A DNA stretch of 64,000 nucleotides from Alphaproteobacteria bacterium (GCA_024742735.1 JANSXV010000006.1:11213-75212), one strand, 5' to 3'. Counted from the first letter of the stretch, positions 51,816-64,000 are shown. Made by a program: numbers and translations. Notes: a model not told the origin generated them from the sequence alone.

Positions 51816-52722
51816 AAAGATCGCCGTTCTCGCTGGGGGGCTGAGCCCGGAGCATGATGTGTCTCGGGTCTCCGGCGCCAAGGTCGCCGACGCGCTGAAG
51901 CGCAAAGGCCATGAGGTGATCATGATTGACCCGGCCGAGCCCTTCTGGCCCGAAGCGATCAAGGCGGCCGAGCCTGATCTGGCGTTCAACGCCCTGCATG
52001 GCGAGTGGGGGGAAGACGGGCTGATCCAGGGCGTGCTGGAATACATGCGCCTGCCCTATACGCATTCGGGCGTGATGGCGTCCGCCCTGGCCATGGACAA
52101 GCAGCGCGCCAAGGCCGTGCTGCGCGCTGCGGGGATCGCCTGTCCGGACGGGCTGATCGCGAACCGGTTCGAGGCGGCGAAAGCCCATCTCATGGACCCG
52201 CCCTATGTGGCGAAACCCAACGCGCAAGGCTCCTCAGTGGGCGTGCTGATCGTGCGCGAGGGCGAGGCGGCTCCGCCGGCGGCGCTGGGCTCAGACGACT
52301 GGCCCTACGGCGACGAGGTCCTGGTCGAGCGCTTCATTCCCGGCCGGGAGCTGACCACGGCGGTCATGGGCGACCGCGCGCTCGCCGTCACCGAGATCAC
52401 GCCGAAGACGGCGTTTTATGATTACGAGGCCAAGTACGCCGACGGCGGCTCGGTTCATCAGATCCCCGCCGACATCCCTGAGGACATTGAGCGCTATTGC
52501 CTTGAGGCGGCGCTGAAGGCCCATCAGGTGATCGGCTGCCGGGGGCTGACACGGTCGGATTTCCGCTACGATCCTGAAACTTCGGCCGTATGGTTACTCG
52601 AAATTAATACCCAACCGGGCATGACTCCGACATCCCTCGCCCCTGAACAGGCGGCGCATTGCGGGATCGCGTTTGACGATCTCGTGGACTGGATGGCGGA
52701 GGACGCGTCTTGCCGAAGATAG
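51808..52722 (+). CDS. ddl: D-Ala-D-Ala ligase
   Basis: [38 protein letters not shown]. Confidence 0.97.
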   Translation: MGRKIAVLAGGLSPEHDVSRVSGAKVADALKRKGHEVIMIDPAEPFWPEAIKAAEPDLAFNALHGEWGEDGLIQGVLEYMRLPYTHSGVMASALAMDKQRAKAVLRAAGIACPDGLIANRFEAAKAHLMDPPYVAKPNAQGSSVGVLIVREGEAAPPAALGSDDWPYGDEVLVERFIPGRELTTAVMGDRALAVTEITPKTAFYDYEAKYADGGSVHQIPADIPEDIERYCLEAALKAHQVIGCRGLTRSDFRYDPETSAVWLLEINTQPGMTPTSLAPEQAAHCGIAFDDLVDWMAEDASCRR

Positions 52723-53627
52723 GACGCGCCGGCCCTGGCGACTCCTCCCAAGGCGGCCGCAAGGGTGAGCGGCGCAAAGCAAAACCCCCGGCCCGCAAAG
52801 GCTCCAATCGCGCCGCGAACTGGTTTGCAGCCCAGGTGCGAGCGGCTCGTCTGCGTATGGCCTACGCCGCCCGCCTGGTGATGATCGCCGCCGCCGTCGT
52901 GGCCGCCGGCATACTCGCCGTCTACGCCGCGGTCGGACGCCTGGACGAGGCGGGCGGGGCGCTCATGGCCAGCTTTGAGAACCGGCTGACCCGGTCCGGC
53001 TACGTCGTTCAGTGGGTGGACGTGACCGGGGCTGATCGCCTGAGCGCTGAAGAGGTCGCTCAGATCATCGGCATCGCGCCCGGCGCCGGCATGGCCGAGC
53101 TGGATCTCGCCGACGCCCGCGCCGCGCTGGAGGCCGAGCCCTGGGTGGGCCAGGCCGAGATCATCCGTCTCTGGCCGGACCGGATCGTGGTGCGCGTTCT
53201 GGAGCGCGAACCCTTCGCCCTGTGGCAGCGGGACGGAGAGCATAGGGTCATCGACCGGACCGGCGTGGTGATCGAAGCCGCCGATCCCGTAGACTTCGCC
53301 GATCTGCCGCGCGTCACCGGCGTGGGCGCGGACCGTGAAGCCTCGATCATCGTGACGCTGCTGGACGCCTATCCCGAGATTCAGGCGCGCACGACCCATG
53401 CGCTTTATGTGGGTGAGCGGCGCTGGTCGTTGCGCCTTCAGAGCGGTGGCGAGGTGCTGTTGCCGGCGGACAATCCCGGCGGGGCGCTGGCGATGCTGTC
53501 CGCCATGCATCAGGCCCGCGGCGTGCTGGACTATGACGCGCAGATCCTGGACCTGCGCAATGACGGCGAAATGGTGATGCGGCCCTGGCCCGACCGGGTT
53601 GCGGAAGCCGCCGGGCGGGGAGCATAG
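52710..53627 (+). CDS. ftsQ: Cell division protein FtsQ
   Basis: Basic N-tail, TM, POTRA domain, EREPFA.W, RRWSL, DLR. Confidence 0.9.
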   Translation: MPKIGRAGPGDSSQGGRKGERRKAKPPARKGSNRAANWFAAQVRAARLRMAYAARLVMIAAAVVAAGILAVYAAVGRLDEAGGALMASFENRLTRSGYVVQWVDVTGADRLSAEEVAQIIGIAPGAGMAELDLADARAALEAEPWVGQAEIIRLWPDRIVVRVLEREPFALWQRDGEHRVIDRTGVVIEAADPVDFADLPRVTGVGADREASIIVTLLDAYPEIQARTTHALYVGERRWSLRLQSGGEVLLPADNPGGALAMLSAMHQARGVLDYDAQILDLRNDGEMVMRPWPDRVAEAAGRGA

Positions 53628-53637
53628 GGCTGTGGGC

Positions 53638-54948
53638 ATGCTGAGTTTCCTGAAACCGCGCAGCGATGCGCCGGCCGTCCGCAAGCCCGGCGTGTTCGCC
53701 GGTCTCGATATCGGCGCGTCGAAAACCACCTGCTTCATCGCAAAGACCGAGCAGACCCTCGCCGGGCTGCGCCCGCGCGTGATCGGTGTCGGACACGTGT
53801 CCACCAAAGGCGTGCGCGCCGGCGCCGTGGTCGACATGGACGCTGCGGCGGCCAGCGTGCGCGGCGCGGTGGAGAACGCAGAGGCCATGGCCGGCCAGAC
53901 AGTGACGGACATCACGGTCTCTGCCGCCGCAGGATCACCGTCGAGCACGCGCATCGCCGTGGACATGGATCTGGCCAGCCGCGAGGTGACCGATCGCGAT
54001 CTGCGCCGGGCGCTGGGTGAGGCGCTGCGCCGCCATCACGAGCCGGGCCGGGTCATGCTTCACGCCTTGCCCCTGTCCTGGCGCGTGGACGGCCATCGCG
54101 GCGTGAAGGATCCGCGCGGCATGTTCGGCGAGACCCTGGGCGTGGACGTCCACATCGTCTCGACCGGAGCTGATCCTGTGCAGAATCTGGTCGCATGCGT
54201 GGAGCGCTGCCAGCTCAATGTCGCCGGCGTCGTCGCCGCGCCCTATGCGGCCGGCCTGTCCGCCCTGTCCGCTGATGAGATGGAGCTTGGCGTGCTGGTC
54301 ATCGACATGGGCGCTCACGTGACCAGTGCGGCGATTTTCAACGAAGGCGCGCTCCAGCACCTGGACTGCGTGCCGGCCGGCGGCGCCCATGTGACCAATG
54401 ACATCGCGCGCGGCCTGTCCACGCCCGTCAGCGCGGCTGAACGCATCAAGGCGCTGCACGGCTGCGCCCTCGACAGTCCAGACGATGACCGTGTGATGAT
54501 CGAGGCGCCGCCGGTCGCCGGCTCTGGCGAGGCCGGCATGGCCCAGCACCCGCGCGCGCTTTTGAACGCCATCATCCGCCCGCGTCTTGAAGAAATCTTC
54601 GAGCTGATCCGCGACCGGCTCGACGCCGCCGGCGCGCGTGAAGCGGGCGGCCGTCAGATGGTGCTGACGGGTGGCGCGGCCCAGCTGCCCGGAACCGCTG
54701 AACTGGCCGGCCGCGTCCTGGGCAAGCAGGCGCGCATCGGCCGCCCGGCGAGCCTGGCCGGTCTGGGCGATGCGGTGTCCGGCCCGGCGTTCTCGGCCTG
54801 CGCAGGCGTCATGCACCGCCATGTCACCGGCCCGGTCGAAGCCATCGCCGGTCCGCCGCGCTTTGAAGCGCGCACGACCATACGCCGGTTTGAAGCCGCC
54901 GATCGCGGCCCGGCGGCCATCTGGCGCTGGTTTGCGGAAAGCTTTTAG
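53638..54948 (+). CDS. ftsA: Cell division protein FtsA
   Basis: LDIGASK, IDMGAHVT, AERIK, LTGGAAQL. Confidence 0.95.
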   Translation: MLSFLKPRSDAPAVRKPGVFAGLDIGASKTTCFIAKTEQTLAGLRPRVIGVGHVSTKGVRAGAVVDMDAAAASVRGAVENAEAMAGQTVTDITVSAAAGSPSSTRIAVDMDLASREVTDRDLRRALGEALRRHHEPGRVMLHALPLSWRVDGHRGVKDPRGMFGETLGVDVHIVSTGADPVQNLVACVERCQLNVAGVVAAPYAAGLSALSADEMELGVLVIDMGAHVTSAAIFNEGALQHLDCVPAGGAHVTNDIARGLSTPVSAAERIKALHGCALDSPDDDRVMIEAPPVAGSGEAGMAQHPRALLNAIIRPRLEEIFELIRDRLDAAGAREAGGRQMVLTGGAAQLPGTAELAGRVLGKQARIGRPASLAGLGDAVSGPAFSACAGVMHRHVTGPVEAIAGPPRFEARTTIRRFEAADRGPAAIWRWFAESF

Positions 54949-55028
54949 CCGCCGGTCCCTTGCAAGCTCTCATTAATACTTCGTTCCCGTAGCGTTCCTG
55001 AAAAAGGCTTTGCGCTGAGGGGGTTGGC

Positions 55029-55082
55029 TTAACGCGTGATTAAGCAGACGGGTTCAGTCTGGCGGGATAACCGCCCCTTAAC
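55029..55082 (+). promoter_or_regulatory. Two CtrA boxes upstream of ftsZ
   Basis: TTAA-N7-TTAA at 55029-55043 (perfect); ATAA-N7-TTAAC at 55067-55082. Confidence 0.75.
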
Positions 55083-55105
55083 CACGCCGCCTACGGAGCC
55101 CTGTC

Positions 55106-56719
55106 ATGCCGCTCAACCTGTCCGCCCCGGAAACCACGGAGCTCAAGCCCCGTATCCTCGTGTTCGGCGTCGGCGGCGCCGGGGGCAATGCGGTCAACAA
55201 CATGATCGAGGCCGAGCTGGAAGGCGTGGATTTCGCGGTGGCCAACACCGACGCCCAGGCGCTGCAGCGTTCAGGCAGCGAGCACCGCATCCAGATGGGG
55301 GCTGCGATCACCGAGGGTCTGGGCGCTGGGGCGCGCCCGGAAGTCGGCGAGCAGGCCGCCGAGGACTCCCTGTCGGAAATCTGTGAGCACCTGCAGGGCG
55401 CGCACATGGTGTTCATCACCGCCGGCATGGGCGGCGGCACCGGTACGGGCGCGGCGCCGGTCATCGCGCGCGCCGCGCGCGAGCAGAACATCCTGACCGT
55501 GGGCGTGGTGACCAAGCCCTTCCACTTTGAAGGCACGCGCCGCATGCGCATTGCCGAAGAGGGCATTGAACGCCTTCAGGAGCATGTGGACACGCTGATC
55601 ATCATCCCCAACCAGAACCTGTTCCGGATCGCGACGGAGAAGACGACCTTCGCCGAGGCCTTCTCCATGGCTGACCAGGTCCTGCATTCCGGCGTGCGCG
55701 GCATCACCGATCTCATGGTCATGCCCGGCCTGATCAATCTGGACTTCGCCGATGTGCGCACCGTGATGAACGAGATGGGCAAGGCGATGATGGGCACCGG
55801 CGAAGCCTCGGGCGACAAGCGCGCCATCGAGGCGGCCCACAACGCCATCAACAATCCGCTGCTCGACGATGTGTCCATGAAGGGCGCCAAGGGCGTGCTG
55901 ATCAACATCACCGGCGGCATGGACATGACGCTGTACGAAGTCGACGAGGCGGCCAACGAGATCCGCAACGAGGTCGATCCCGACGCCAACATCATCGTGG
56001 GATCCACTTTCGACGAGGCCTTGGAGGGCACGGTGCGCGTGTCGGTCGTGGCCACCGGCATCGACGCCGAGGAAGTCGCTCAGAGCCCGTCCCATCGCCG
56101 CAGCGCGGACAATGTCACGCCGGTCTGGCGCGCCCGCGAAGCCCGGCCCCAGCGCCAGGCCGAGCCGGTCGTGCGCCGCAACGCTGATGCGGTGGCGGTG
56201 AACGAAACGCCGCGCCCGGCCGCTCAGTCCTCCGGTCAGCCCGCAGCGCGCAGTGAAGCGCCCGAGCCGACTCCCGCCCAGAAGCTTCAGGCCCGCGCCG
56301 CCGAGTATGCCCAGGGCCTGAACGTCCAGAGCGCGCCCCCGGTTCAAGCGTCTGCCGAAGTGAAGGCCGAGGCCCCGGTTCAGCCTGAACGGCCCGCCGT
56401 GGTGGAGACCCGTGAGCGTCTGGAGCGTGAGCTGGGCGCCGAGCCGCAGCGCGACGCGGCGCCGGAACCCGCCCCGCGTGAAAGCTCCAACCCGATCAAG
56501 CGCGGCCTGTCCCTGTTCGGGCGCAAGGCGAAGGCGCCTGAACGCGTTGAACCGCGCCGCGACCCGCTGAGCTCGCGTCTGCAGTCGGCTCCGGAACCGG
56601 CCCGGTCTTCGCAGCCTGCGCCGCGCCCGGCGCCCCAGCCGAGCGGCGATCTGTTCGGCGATGCCGGCGATGAGGGCGATCTGGAAATCCCCGCCTTCCT
56701 GCGCCGCCAGGCTAACTAA
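55106..56719 (+). CDS. ftsZ: Cell division protein FtsZ with long C-terminal linker
   Basis: [38 protein letters not shown]. Confidence 0.98.
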   Translation: MPLNLSAPETTELKPRILVFGVGGAGGNAVNNMIEAELEGVDFAVANTDAQALQRSGSEHRIQMGAAITEGLGAGARPEVGEQAAEDSLSEICEHLQGAHMVFITAGMGGGTGTGAAPVIARAAREQNILTVGVVTKPFHFEGTRRMRIAEEGIERLQEHVDTLIIIPNQNLFRIATEKTTFAEAFSMADQVLHSGVRGITDLMVMPGLINLDFADVRTVMNEMGKAMMGTGEASGDKRAIEAAHNAINNPLLDDVSMKGAKGVLINITGGMDMTLYEVDEAANEIRNEVDPDANIIVGSTFDEALEGTVRVSVVATGIDAEEVAQSPSHRRSADNVTPVWRAREARPQRQAEPVVRRNADAVAVNETPRPAAQSSGQPAARSEAPEPTPAQKLQARAAEYAQGLNVQSAPPVQASAEVKAEAPVQPERPAVVETRERLERELGAEPQRDAAPEPAPRESSNPIKRGLSLFGRKAKAPERVEPRRDPLSSRLQSAPEPARSSQPAPRPAPQPSGDLFGDAGDEGDLEIPAFLRRQAN

Positions 56720-56740
56720 CAGAATTTGAACGCAAAACAT

Positions 56741-56776
56741 GCGCCGCGCCTGGCCTCCAGGCGCGGCGCTTCATTT
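56741..56776 (+). terminator. Terminator-like hairpin after ftsZ
   Basis: 12-bp stem GCGCCGCGCCTG/CAGGCGCGGCGC followed by TTCATTT. Confidence 0.65.
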
Positions 56777-56952
56777 GGTAACACGGTGCAACATTCCTTT
56801 AATTGCTGCAGCCGCTCAGACCGGTAGGGTGAAGTGGAATGAGGGGTCGCCCGCCTGTCTCGCCTGCACTTCGCCGCACCGTCTTGAGGGGAAGACGCCG
56901 GCCGGAGCCAGGGGCTGGGACCAGGGCGGGTGAGAAGACAGGATCAGCGCTT

Positions 56953-57852
56953 ATGAGCGAACGTACAACACTGGCTTCCGCGGCCGTCTGCGCCGGCGTC
57001 GGGCTTCACACCGGCGCCCGGGTGCGCATGGCGCTGAAACCGGCCCCGGTCGGGTCCGGCATCGTGTTCGAGCGCGCTGATCTGGATGTTGACGACCGCC
57101 GCGTGCCTGCGCGCCGCGAGTACGTCCGCTCCACTGATCTTGGCACCACCCTGGTCAACGAAGCCGGCGCTTCTGCGGCCACGGTCGAACATCTCATGGC
57201 GGCGCTGGCGGGTCTGGGCGTTGATGATCTCATCGTCGAGCTGGACGGCCCGGAAGTTCCGGCCATGGACGGTTCGTCCGCGCCCTTCGTCGATTTGATG
57301 CTGCGCGCAGGCCTCAAGACCGCGCCCGCCCCGCGCAAGGCCATCAAGGTGCTCAAGCCCATCGAGGTGGAGGAGGGTGCGCGGCGCGCCGTGTTCCTGC
57401 CGTCCCTGAAGCCGGCCATCGATGTGGAGATCGACTTCGAGGACGAGACGATCGGCCGTCAGCACTTCCATTTCGAAGTCACCCGTGAAGCGTTCGCCGA
57501 TCTGGTCGCGCCGGCGCGCACCTTCGGTTTCCGCCGCGATCTCAATGCGCTGCTGAAGGCGGGTCTGGCGCGCGGCGGCTCTATGGAGAACGCCGTCGTG
57601 CTCGACGAGGGCGGCGTCGCCAATCCCGAAGGCCTGCGATTCGCCGACGAGTTCGTGCGTCACAAGGCCCTCGATGCGCTCGGCGATCTGTACCTGGCCG
57701 GCGCCCCGATCCTTGGGCTCTACCGTGCGACCCGGCCCGGCCACGGCCTGAACGCCAAGGCGCTCGGCGCGCTGCTGGCTGACGAAACCGCCTGGTGCTG
57801 GGAAACTCTGCGCAGCCCGGCGGTCTCGCTGGACCGGCTGGTGCGCAGCTAG
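56953..57852 (+). CDS. lpxC: UDP-3-O-acyl-GlcNAc deacetylase
   Basis: GVGLHTG, TVEHLMAAL, ARTFGF, RHKALDALGDL, GHGLN. Confidence 0.96.
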   Translation: MSERTTLASAAVCAGVGLHTGARVRMALKPAPVGSGIVFERADLDVDDRRVPARREYVRSTDLGTTLVNEAGASAATVEHLMAALAGLGVDDLIVELDGPEVPAMDGSSAPFVDLMLRAGLKTAPAPRKAIKVLKPIEVEEGARRAVFLPSLKPAIDVEIDFEDETIGRQHFHFEVTREAFADLVAPARTFGFRRDLNALLKAGLARGGSMENAVVLDEGGVANPEGLRFADEFVRHKALDALGDLYLAGAPILGLYRATRPGHGLNAKALGALLADETAWCWETLRSPAVSLDRLVRS

Positions 57853-57963
57853 GCTGGATCGCGCTGCATCCTGACACGGTGCTTTTGCCGCGCGCCGGGA
57901 TCGGCTAAACCTCTGACCAGTTCAGTCGGCCTGACCGCCGCCGACCCATGAAGAGGCCTATCT

Positions 57964-58797
57964 ATGACGCTCGTCCTTCGCGCCGCCGCCGCTCTCATCA
58001 TCGCCAGCGTCCTGGCGGCCTGCGGCGCGAACGATAGAGAGCAGCTCGCCTATGTCGAGACGCCGGTGGAGCGCCTTTACAATCTAGGCTTCGACGCGCT
58101 TGAGCGCCGCCGTTTCGATGAAGCGGCGGCCTACTTTGACGAGGTTGAGCGCCAGCACCCGTTCTCTGAGTGGGCGCGCCGGTCCATGCTGATGGCGGCG
58201 TACGCCAACTATGAGGCGCAGCTTTATTCCGAGGCGATTTCCGACGCCGAGCGCTTTATTGCGCTGCACCCCGGCAGCTCAAGCGCGCCCTACGCCTACT
58301 ATCTGATCGCGATCAGCCACTACGAACAGATCTATGATGTGGGCCGGGACCAGTCGACCACGCGCAATGCGCTGCAGGCGCTGGAGCAGGTGGTCAACCG
58401 CTTCCCCGAGACGCCCTACGCCCAGGATGCGCGCCTGAAGATGGACATGACGCGCGACCACCTGGCCGGCAAGGAGATGAGCGTCGGGCGCTGGTATCTG
58501 CGCAACGGGTATTATCTGGCGTCCATCAACCGGTTCCAGAACGTGATCCGTGATTACCAGACGACAAGCCACACGCCCGAGGCCCTGCATCGGATGGTGG
58601 AGGCCTATGTGGCGCTGGGCGTGGACGAGGAAGCCCGTCAGATCGCCTCGGTGCTGGGGTATAACTTCCCCGGGTCGCAGTGGTACTCCGACACCTATGA
58701 CCTTATGACCGAACGCGGCGTGGCCCTGCCGGGCGCTGAGGATATGGAGCGTGACCCCACCCTCCTGCGCCGGGCGCTCGACCGCATCTTCGGTTAA
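57964..58797 (+). CDS. bamD: Outer-membrane assembly lipoprotein BamD
   Basis: Lipobox LAAC, TPR repeats (HPFSEWA, RDQSTT, A.NRF, EAL.RMVEAY). Confidence 0.94.
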   Translation: MTLVLRAAAALIIASVLAACGANDREQLAYVETPVERLYNLGFDALERRRFDEAAAYFDEVERQHPFSEWARRSMLMAAYANYEAQLYSEAISDAERFIALHPGSSSAPYAYYLIAISHYEQIYDVGRDQSTTRNALQALEQVVNRFPETPYAQDARLKMDMTRDHLAGKEMSVGRWYLRNGYYLASINRFQNVIRDYQTTSHTPEALHRMVEAYVALGVDEEARQIASVLGYNFPGSQWYSDTYDLMTERGVALPGAEDMERDPTLLRRALDRIFG

Positions 58798-58815
58798 GGC
58801 GAGCGGAGCGCCGCG

Positions 58816-60522
58816 GTGCTCGCCTCCCTCACCATCAAGGACATTGTCCTCATCGACCGCGAGGAGCTGGTCTTCTCCGGCGGTCTGTCGGCGCTGACCG
58901 GCGAGACCGGGGCGGGCAAGTCGATCCTGCTGGGCGCGCTAGGCCTGGCGTGCGGTGACCGGGGCGGCAAGGGGCTTGTGCGCCAGGGCGCCGATCAGGC
59001 CATGGCCGTCGCCGTGTTCGAGCCCGCGCCGGACCATCCCGCCTACGCCATCCTTGAAGAGGCCGGCCTTGCAGCGGAGCCGGGCGAGCCGATCATTCTT
59101 CGCCGCACCCTGTCCGCTGACGGCCGCTCACGCGCCCATGTGAACGACCAGCCCGCCAGCGTGGGACTTCTAGCCCAGCTCGGCGATGTGCTGGTGGAGA
59201 TCCACGGCCAGCATGACGGGCGCGGCCTGCTTGACCCCAAGACCCATCGCAGCCTGCTGGACGCTTTTGCCGGCGCCTCGAAGGAGCGCGCCGCCGTCGC
59301 CAGCGCCTGGGAGGCGCTAAGCACGGCGCGCAAGCGGATGGATGAGCTGGCGAAGTCCCGCGACAAGGCGGCGAGCGAGGAAGCCTATCTACGCGGTGCG
59401 GTCGAAGCGCTGGGTGCACTCGATCCAAAGCCGGACGAGGAAGCAGCGCTCGCAGAAGAACGCAAATTCCTCCAGCAGGCCGAAGCCGCGCTGACCGAGC
59501 TGCAGACCGCCATGTCCGCCGTCGCGGGCGGAGAGGGGCTGTCGACTCGCCTGAACACCGCCCTCAGGGGCCTGGAGCGTGTGCGTGGAGCGCTCGGCGC
59601 CGGCGAGGCGGGCGAAGACGCCGGTGACGCCGCCGCGGCCCGGGCGAGCGTAGAGCGCGCCGCCGGGGCGCTCGACCGCGCCCTCATCGAGTTCAACGAG
59701 GCTGAAGACGCGCTGGCCGAAGCCGCCCAGCGTTTCGAGGTCGAGCCGGGGCGGCTCGACAGGGTTGAAGAGCGCCTGTTCGCCCTGCGCGGCGAGGCGC
59801 GAAAGCATTCTGTGGAGGTCGACGCCCTCCCGGCCCTGCGCGAGGATCTGGCGGGCCGGCTCGATCTGATCGAGCACGCCGATGACCGCCTGAAGGAGGC
59901 CGAAAGCGCGCTGAAAGCCGCCGAAACCGACTATGCGCGCGCCGCCGAGGCGCTGACCAAAGCCCGCAGAAGCGCTGCCGAAAAGCTCGCCGCCGCGGTC
60001 ATCGCGGAGCTTGAGCCGCTGAAAATGGACAAGGCCCGCTTCCGCGTCGCCGTAGACCCCGATGAGACCCGTCCCGGCGCCAAGGGTTGGGACCGCGTGG
60101 CCTTCGAAGTCGCGACCAATCCCGGCGCGCCGTTCGGGGCGCTGGACAAGATCGCTTCGGGCGGTGAGCTGTCGCGCTTCGCGCTGGCGCTGAAGGTCTG
60201 CCTGGTGGGCGGAGGCGGAAAGGTCATGGTGTTCGACGAGGTCGACCAGGGCGTGGGCGGCGCGGTCGCCGACGCGGTGGGCCAGCGCCTGGCGAAGCTG
60301 GCCGAGACCGGTCAGGCCCTGGTCGTCACGCACTCGCCCCAGGTCGCCGCCCGCGCCGCGCTGCACTTCCGCATCGAGAAGGCGTCCGACGGCGAGGGCG
60401 TGCGCACCGCGGTGCGCGAGCTGGGCCCCATGGAGCGCCGCGAAGAGATCGCGCGAATGCTCTCCGGAGCGGAAGTGACGGATGCGGCGCGCGCGGCGGC
60501 CGATCAGCTGATGGCGAGCTGA
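58816..60522 (+). CDS. recN: DNA repair protein RecN
   Basis: TGETGAGKS, ASGGELSRFALA, FDEVDQG, VTHSPQVA, EIARML. Confidence 0.96.
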   Translation: MLASLTIKDIVLIDREELVFSGGLSALTGETGAGKSILLGALGLACGDRGGKGLVRQGADQAMAVAVFEPAPDHPAYAILEEAGLAAEPGEPIILRRTLSADGRSRAHVNDQPASVGLLAQLGDVLVEIHGQHDGRGLLDPKTHRSLLDAFAGASKERAAVASAWEALSTARKRMDELAKSRDKAASEEAYLRGAVEALGALDPKPDEEAALAEERKFLQQAEAALTELQTAMSAVAGGEGLSTRLNTALRGLERVRGALGAGEAGEDAGDAAAARASVERAAGALDRALIEFNEAEDALAEAAQRFEVEPGRLDRVEERLFALRGEARKHSVEVDALPALREDLAGRLDLIEHADDRLKEAESALKAAETDYARAAEALTKARRSAAEKLAAAVIAELEPLKMDKARFRVAVDPDETRPGAKGWDRVAFEVATNPGAPFGALDKIASGGELSRFALALKVCLVGGGGKVMVFDEVDQGVGGAVADAVGQRLAKLAETGQALVVTHSPQVAARAALHFRIEKASDGEGVRTAVRELGPMERREEIARMLSGAEVTDAARAAADQLMAS

Positions 60523-60563
60523 AGATCTTTTGGATTGGAAATCTTGCTTTCTATCTGAAAGCT

Positions 60564-61439
60564 TTAGCCTTTTAGAATCAGCAGTAGTGCTTTAGGAAAC
60601 TGGTTGTCCACATGTGTCCGATAGGACTGGTCGCTCTGCTCCGCGCTTCCGAAAAATATTTCTTCATAGTATTCAAGTTTGAAACCACACTGTATAACAA
60701 GGTCAAACACACTACCTAGCGGTAGATGGTGATACGGAATTGAAAAATCGCCTCGCGAAAATTCATATCTTCCTTGCTCCGAACTTTTGTATGTCTCGAT
60801 GTTCTCGAACTTTCTTGAATTGGTTCGGCTAAGATAGAAGTCAGACAAATCCTTTATAACTAGAAATGGATGCGTTATTATCAACGCTAGACGACTTTTT
60901 TCAGACTCTTTGATGCGCGTTGATTTTGAGCCGCGCCTGCAGAGGGTTTTTATACCCGACAGGTAGGACCTTTGGTTTTTCAATTCGTTAAGTACAAATA
61001 TTGACAGCCCGAGATCGAATGTACTTGTCAAGCTACGCTCCCAGCCTGCCTGATCGAAGTTCTTTCGAATAAAGCTAGTCGAATTATCAGCGTAAGCTGA
61101 CTCAGCTGCTTCTAAAAAGTATTGGTTTACATCGAACCCAACATACTTCGCTGCCCCTAAACCGCGACAGAACGGTACAGCGTTCCCCACTCCGCAGCCA
61201 AAATCGTAAATAACGCCGCCCCGTGCATATGGAGCTAACCTATCTTGAATGACAGGAAATATGCTTTCGTTACGGATCTTATCAGGAGAAACTCCATACT
61301 CTGCTAGCCAATACTCCGCATAGGCTTTATCGCGTTCGTCATCAATTTGGCTGCGCTGCATACGGGTCGTTCCGCTGACCTCTTCAATGTCACGCTGAGA
61401 ACTTATTAAATAAGGGCGATTTTTCCGATCAGATACCAT
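60564..61439 (-). CDS. Class I SAM-dependent methyltransferase
   Basis: Motif I IYDFGCGVG, acidic beta2 GFDVN, FDLGLSIFVLNE, THPF, YHHLPL...GFKLEYYEE. Confidence 0.88.
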   Translation of the reverse strand: MVSDRKNRPYLISSQRDIEEVSGTTRMQRSQIDDERDKAYAEYWLAEYGVSPDKIRNESIFPVIQDRLAPYARGGVIYDFGCGVGNAVPFCRGLGAAKYVGFDVNQYFLEAAESAYADNSTSFIRKNFDQAGWERSLTSTFDLGLSIFVLNELKNQRSYLSGIKTLCRRGSKSTRIKESEKSRLALIITHPFLVIKDLSDFYLSRTNSRKFENIETYKSSEQGRYEFSRGDFSIPYHHLPLGSVFDLVIQCGFKLEYYEEIFFGSAEQSDQSYRTHVDNQFPKALLLILKG

Positions 61440-61440
61440 C

Positions 61441-62145
61441 TTATTTTGATATTTCCCGATGTGCTACCCAAGCCAAGTATAGCTTCCACTTTGACAGACT
61501 TGCAAAGAACTTTTTGTCGGCGATAGCTCTTTTTACCCAATCCCATCGAGTGATCCGTTGCAATTGTAGGGTGTCTTTCTTGATCTCCGAATGGACGGCT
61601 CCGTTGCCATCAAGCACGCCTACAAACCAGCCGGTCGCGGCCGTCTTTGCCATGTTAGGAAATACATACTTCGCCAAGCCCGTTCTATTTTCAGAGCGGT
61701 TAGTAAAGGATGAGCTATAGTTAAATGTTAAAATTACTTCATGATTCTCGTCGAAATGGAGAGAGTCTGATTTGAAAGTCGCATAGACAGAGGGCGCTGC
61801 AAAAGTGCCATCTGGAAATTCAATGGTTTCCCCGCTTATAAAATATGAGTTAGTGAGGAATCGACGCCTTATATCAATCATTGTGACGTAGCTCTTGTCG
61901 TCTCGCTGTATTTTCTCAATCCAAGTGCCTTCAGATTGAGCGGCCTTTGTATAGATGCACCTTAGAATGCGAACTCGCTTGAAAGCTTCGAAAGTGACCG
62001 TTGGGACAAACGCTAAGATGACAGCTCCGATCGCCAGTTGCTCACGCTGGGTCAGATTGTCGGGGTCAAACCCAAGCAGTGCACCGACTACGCGTGTCGC
62101 TGCGTCTAGTAGGCCCCAAAGCAGGTCAATCAAATTTGAAATCAT
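61441..62145 (-). CDS. TM + beta-strand-rich protein, Cap15/S-2TMbeta-like
   Basis: N-terminal hydrophobic helices, GTW motif at the first strand, about eight alternating-pattern strands, TGWF and LQLQR at the barrel end; stop is 1 nt from the MTase start. Confidence 0.6.
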   Translation of the reverse strand: MISNLIDLLWGLLDAATRVVGALLGFDPDNLTQREQLAIGAVILAFVPTVTFEAFKRVRILRCIYTKAAQSEGTWIEKIQRDDKSYVTMIDIRRRFLTNSYFISGETIEFPDGTFAAPSVYATFKSDSLHFDENHEVILTFNYSSSFTNRSENRTGLAKYVFPNMAKTAATGWFVGVLDGNGAVHSEIKKDTLQLQRITRWDWVKRAIADKKFFASLSKWKLYLAWVAHREISK

Positions 62146-62320
62146 GTATTCTTCGTATGCCCTATAACTGCCATCCTAAGCTTAGACTTGTCGGGTAAGA
62201 GCGCAAGGAGGGAAACGGGCCTCGTGCGATGCCGCCGGGCGGAAGCATTTAAGGGCGAAATCCGGCACTTGATCTCGGTCCGTGCCGAACGAACCGGAAA
62301 GATGTTTGTTTCAGTTCTAA

Positions 62321-64000
<1,680 letters not shown>

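Larger units (their letters stand above)
60523..62200. mobile_element. Low-GC horizontally acquired insert (no mobility gene in view)
   Basis: Hand counts: 20/60 GC at 60841-60900 and 32/60 at 61561-61620, versus 44/60 at 60361-60420 in recN; starts immediately after the recN stop. Confidence 0.8.

Noticed and set aside
56000-56700. Long Pro/Ala/Gln-rich FtsZ extension as a novelty
   Set aside because: Long C-terminal linkers are normal for alphaproteobacterial FtsZ.
60564-61439. DNA methyltransferase of a restriction-modification system
   Set aside because: No DPPY/NPPY or PCQ motif and no nuclease partner; the motifs fit a small-molecule class I MTase.

Overview
High-GC alphaproteobacterial chromosome segment. 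Gene order and CtrA-type boxes suggest Caulobacterales/Maricaulaceae (inference). It is mostly core genes: ptsP-rodZ-ispG; cobST-J domain-bolA; mlaAC; metF with a split metH; rimK; an oxoprolinase; rnpB; and the complete dcw cluster from mraZ to ftsZ, followed by lpxC-bamD-recN-ligA (ligA runs off the end). No CRISPR array, prophage, integrase or transposase is visible. Five things stand out. (1) A low-GC two-gene insert between recN and ligA pairs a predicted TM + 8-stranded beta-barrel (Cap15/S-2TMbeta-like) protein with a class I SAM methyltransferase, a candidate undescribed anti-phage module. (2) The dcw murD is full length and translationally coupled but has lost every catalytic motif. 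(3) A REP-doublet insertion between murC and murB forms an ORF coupled to both neighbours. (4) A promoter, an 18-aa leader peptide and an RNA switch lie in front of an RsgA paralogue. (5) Three tandem, mosaic TadG/vWA pilus-tip genes carry a duplicated sigma54/IHF/CtrA-like promoter module. No database searches were run; all family assignments come from motif recognition.
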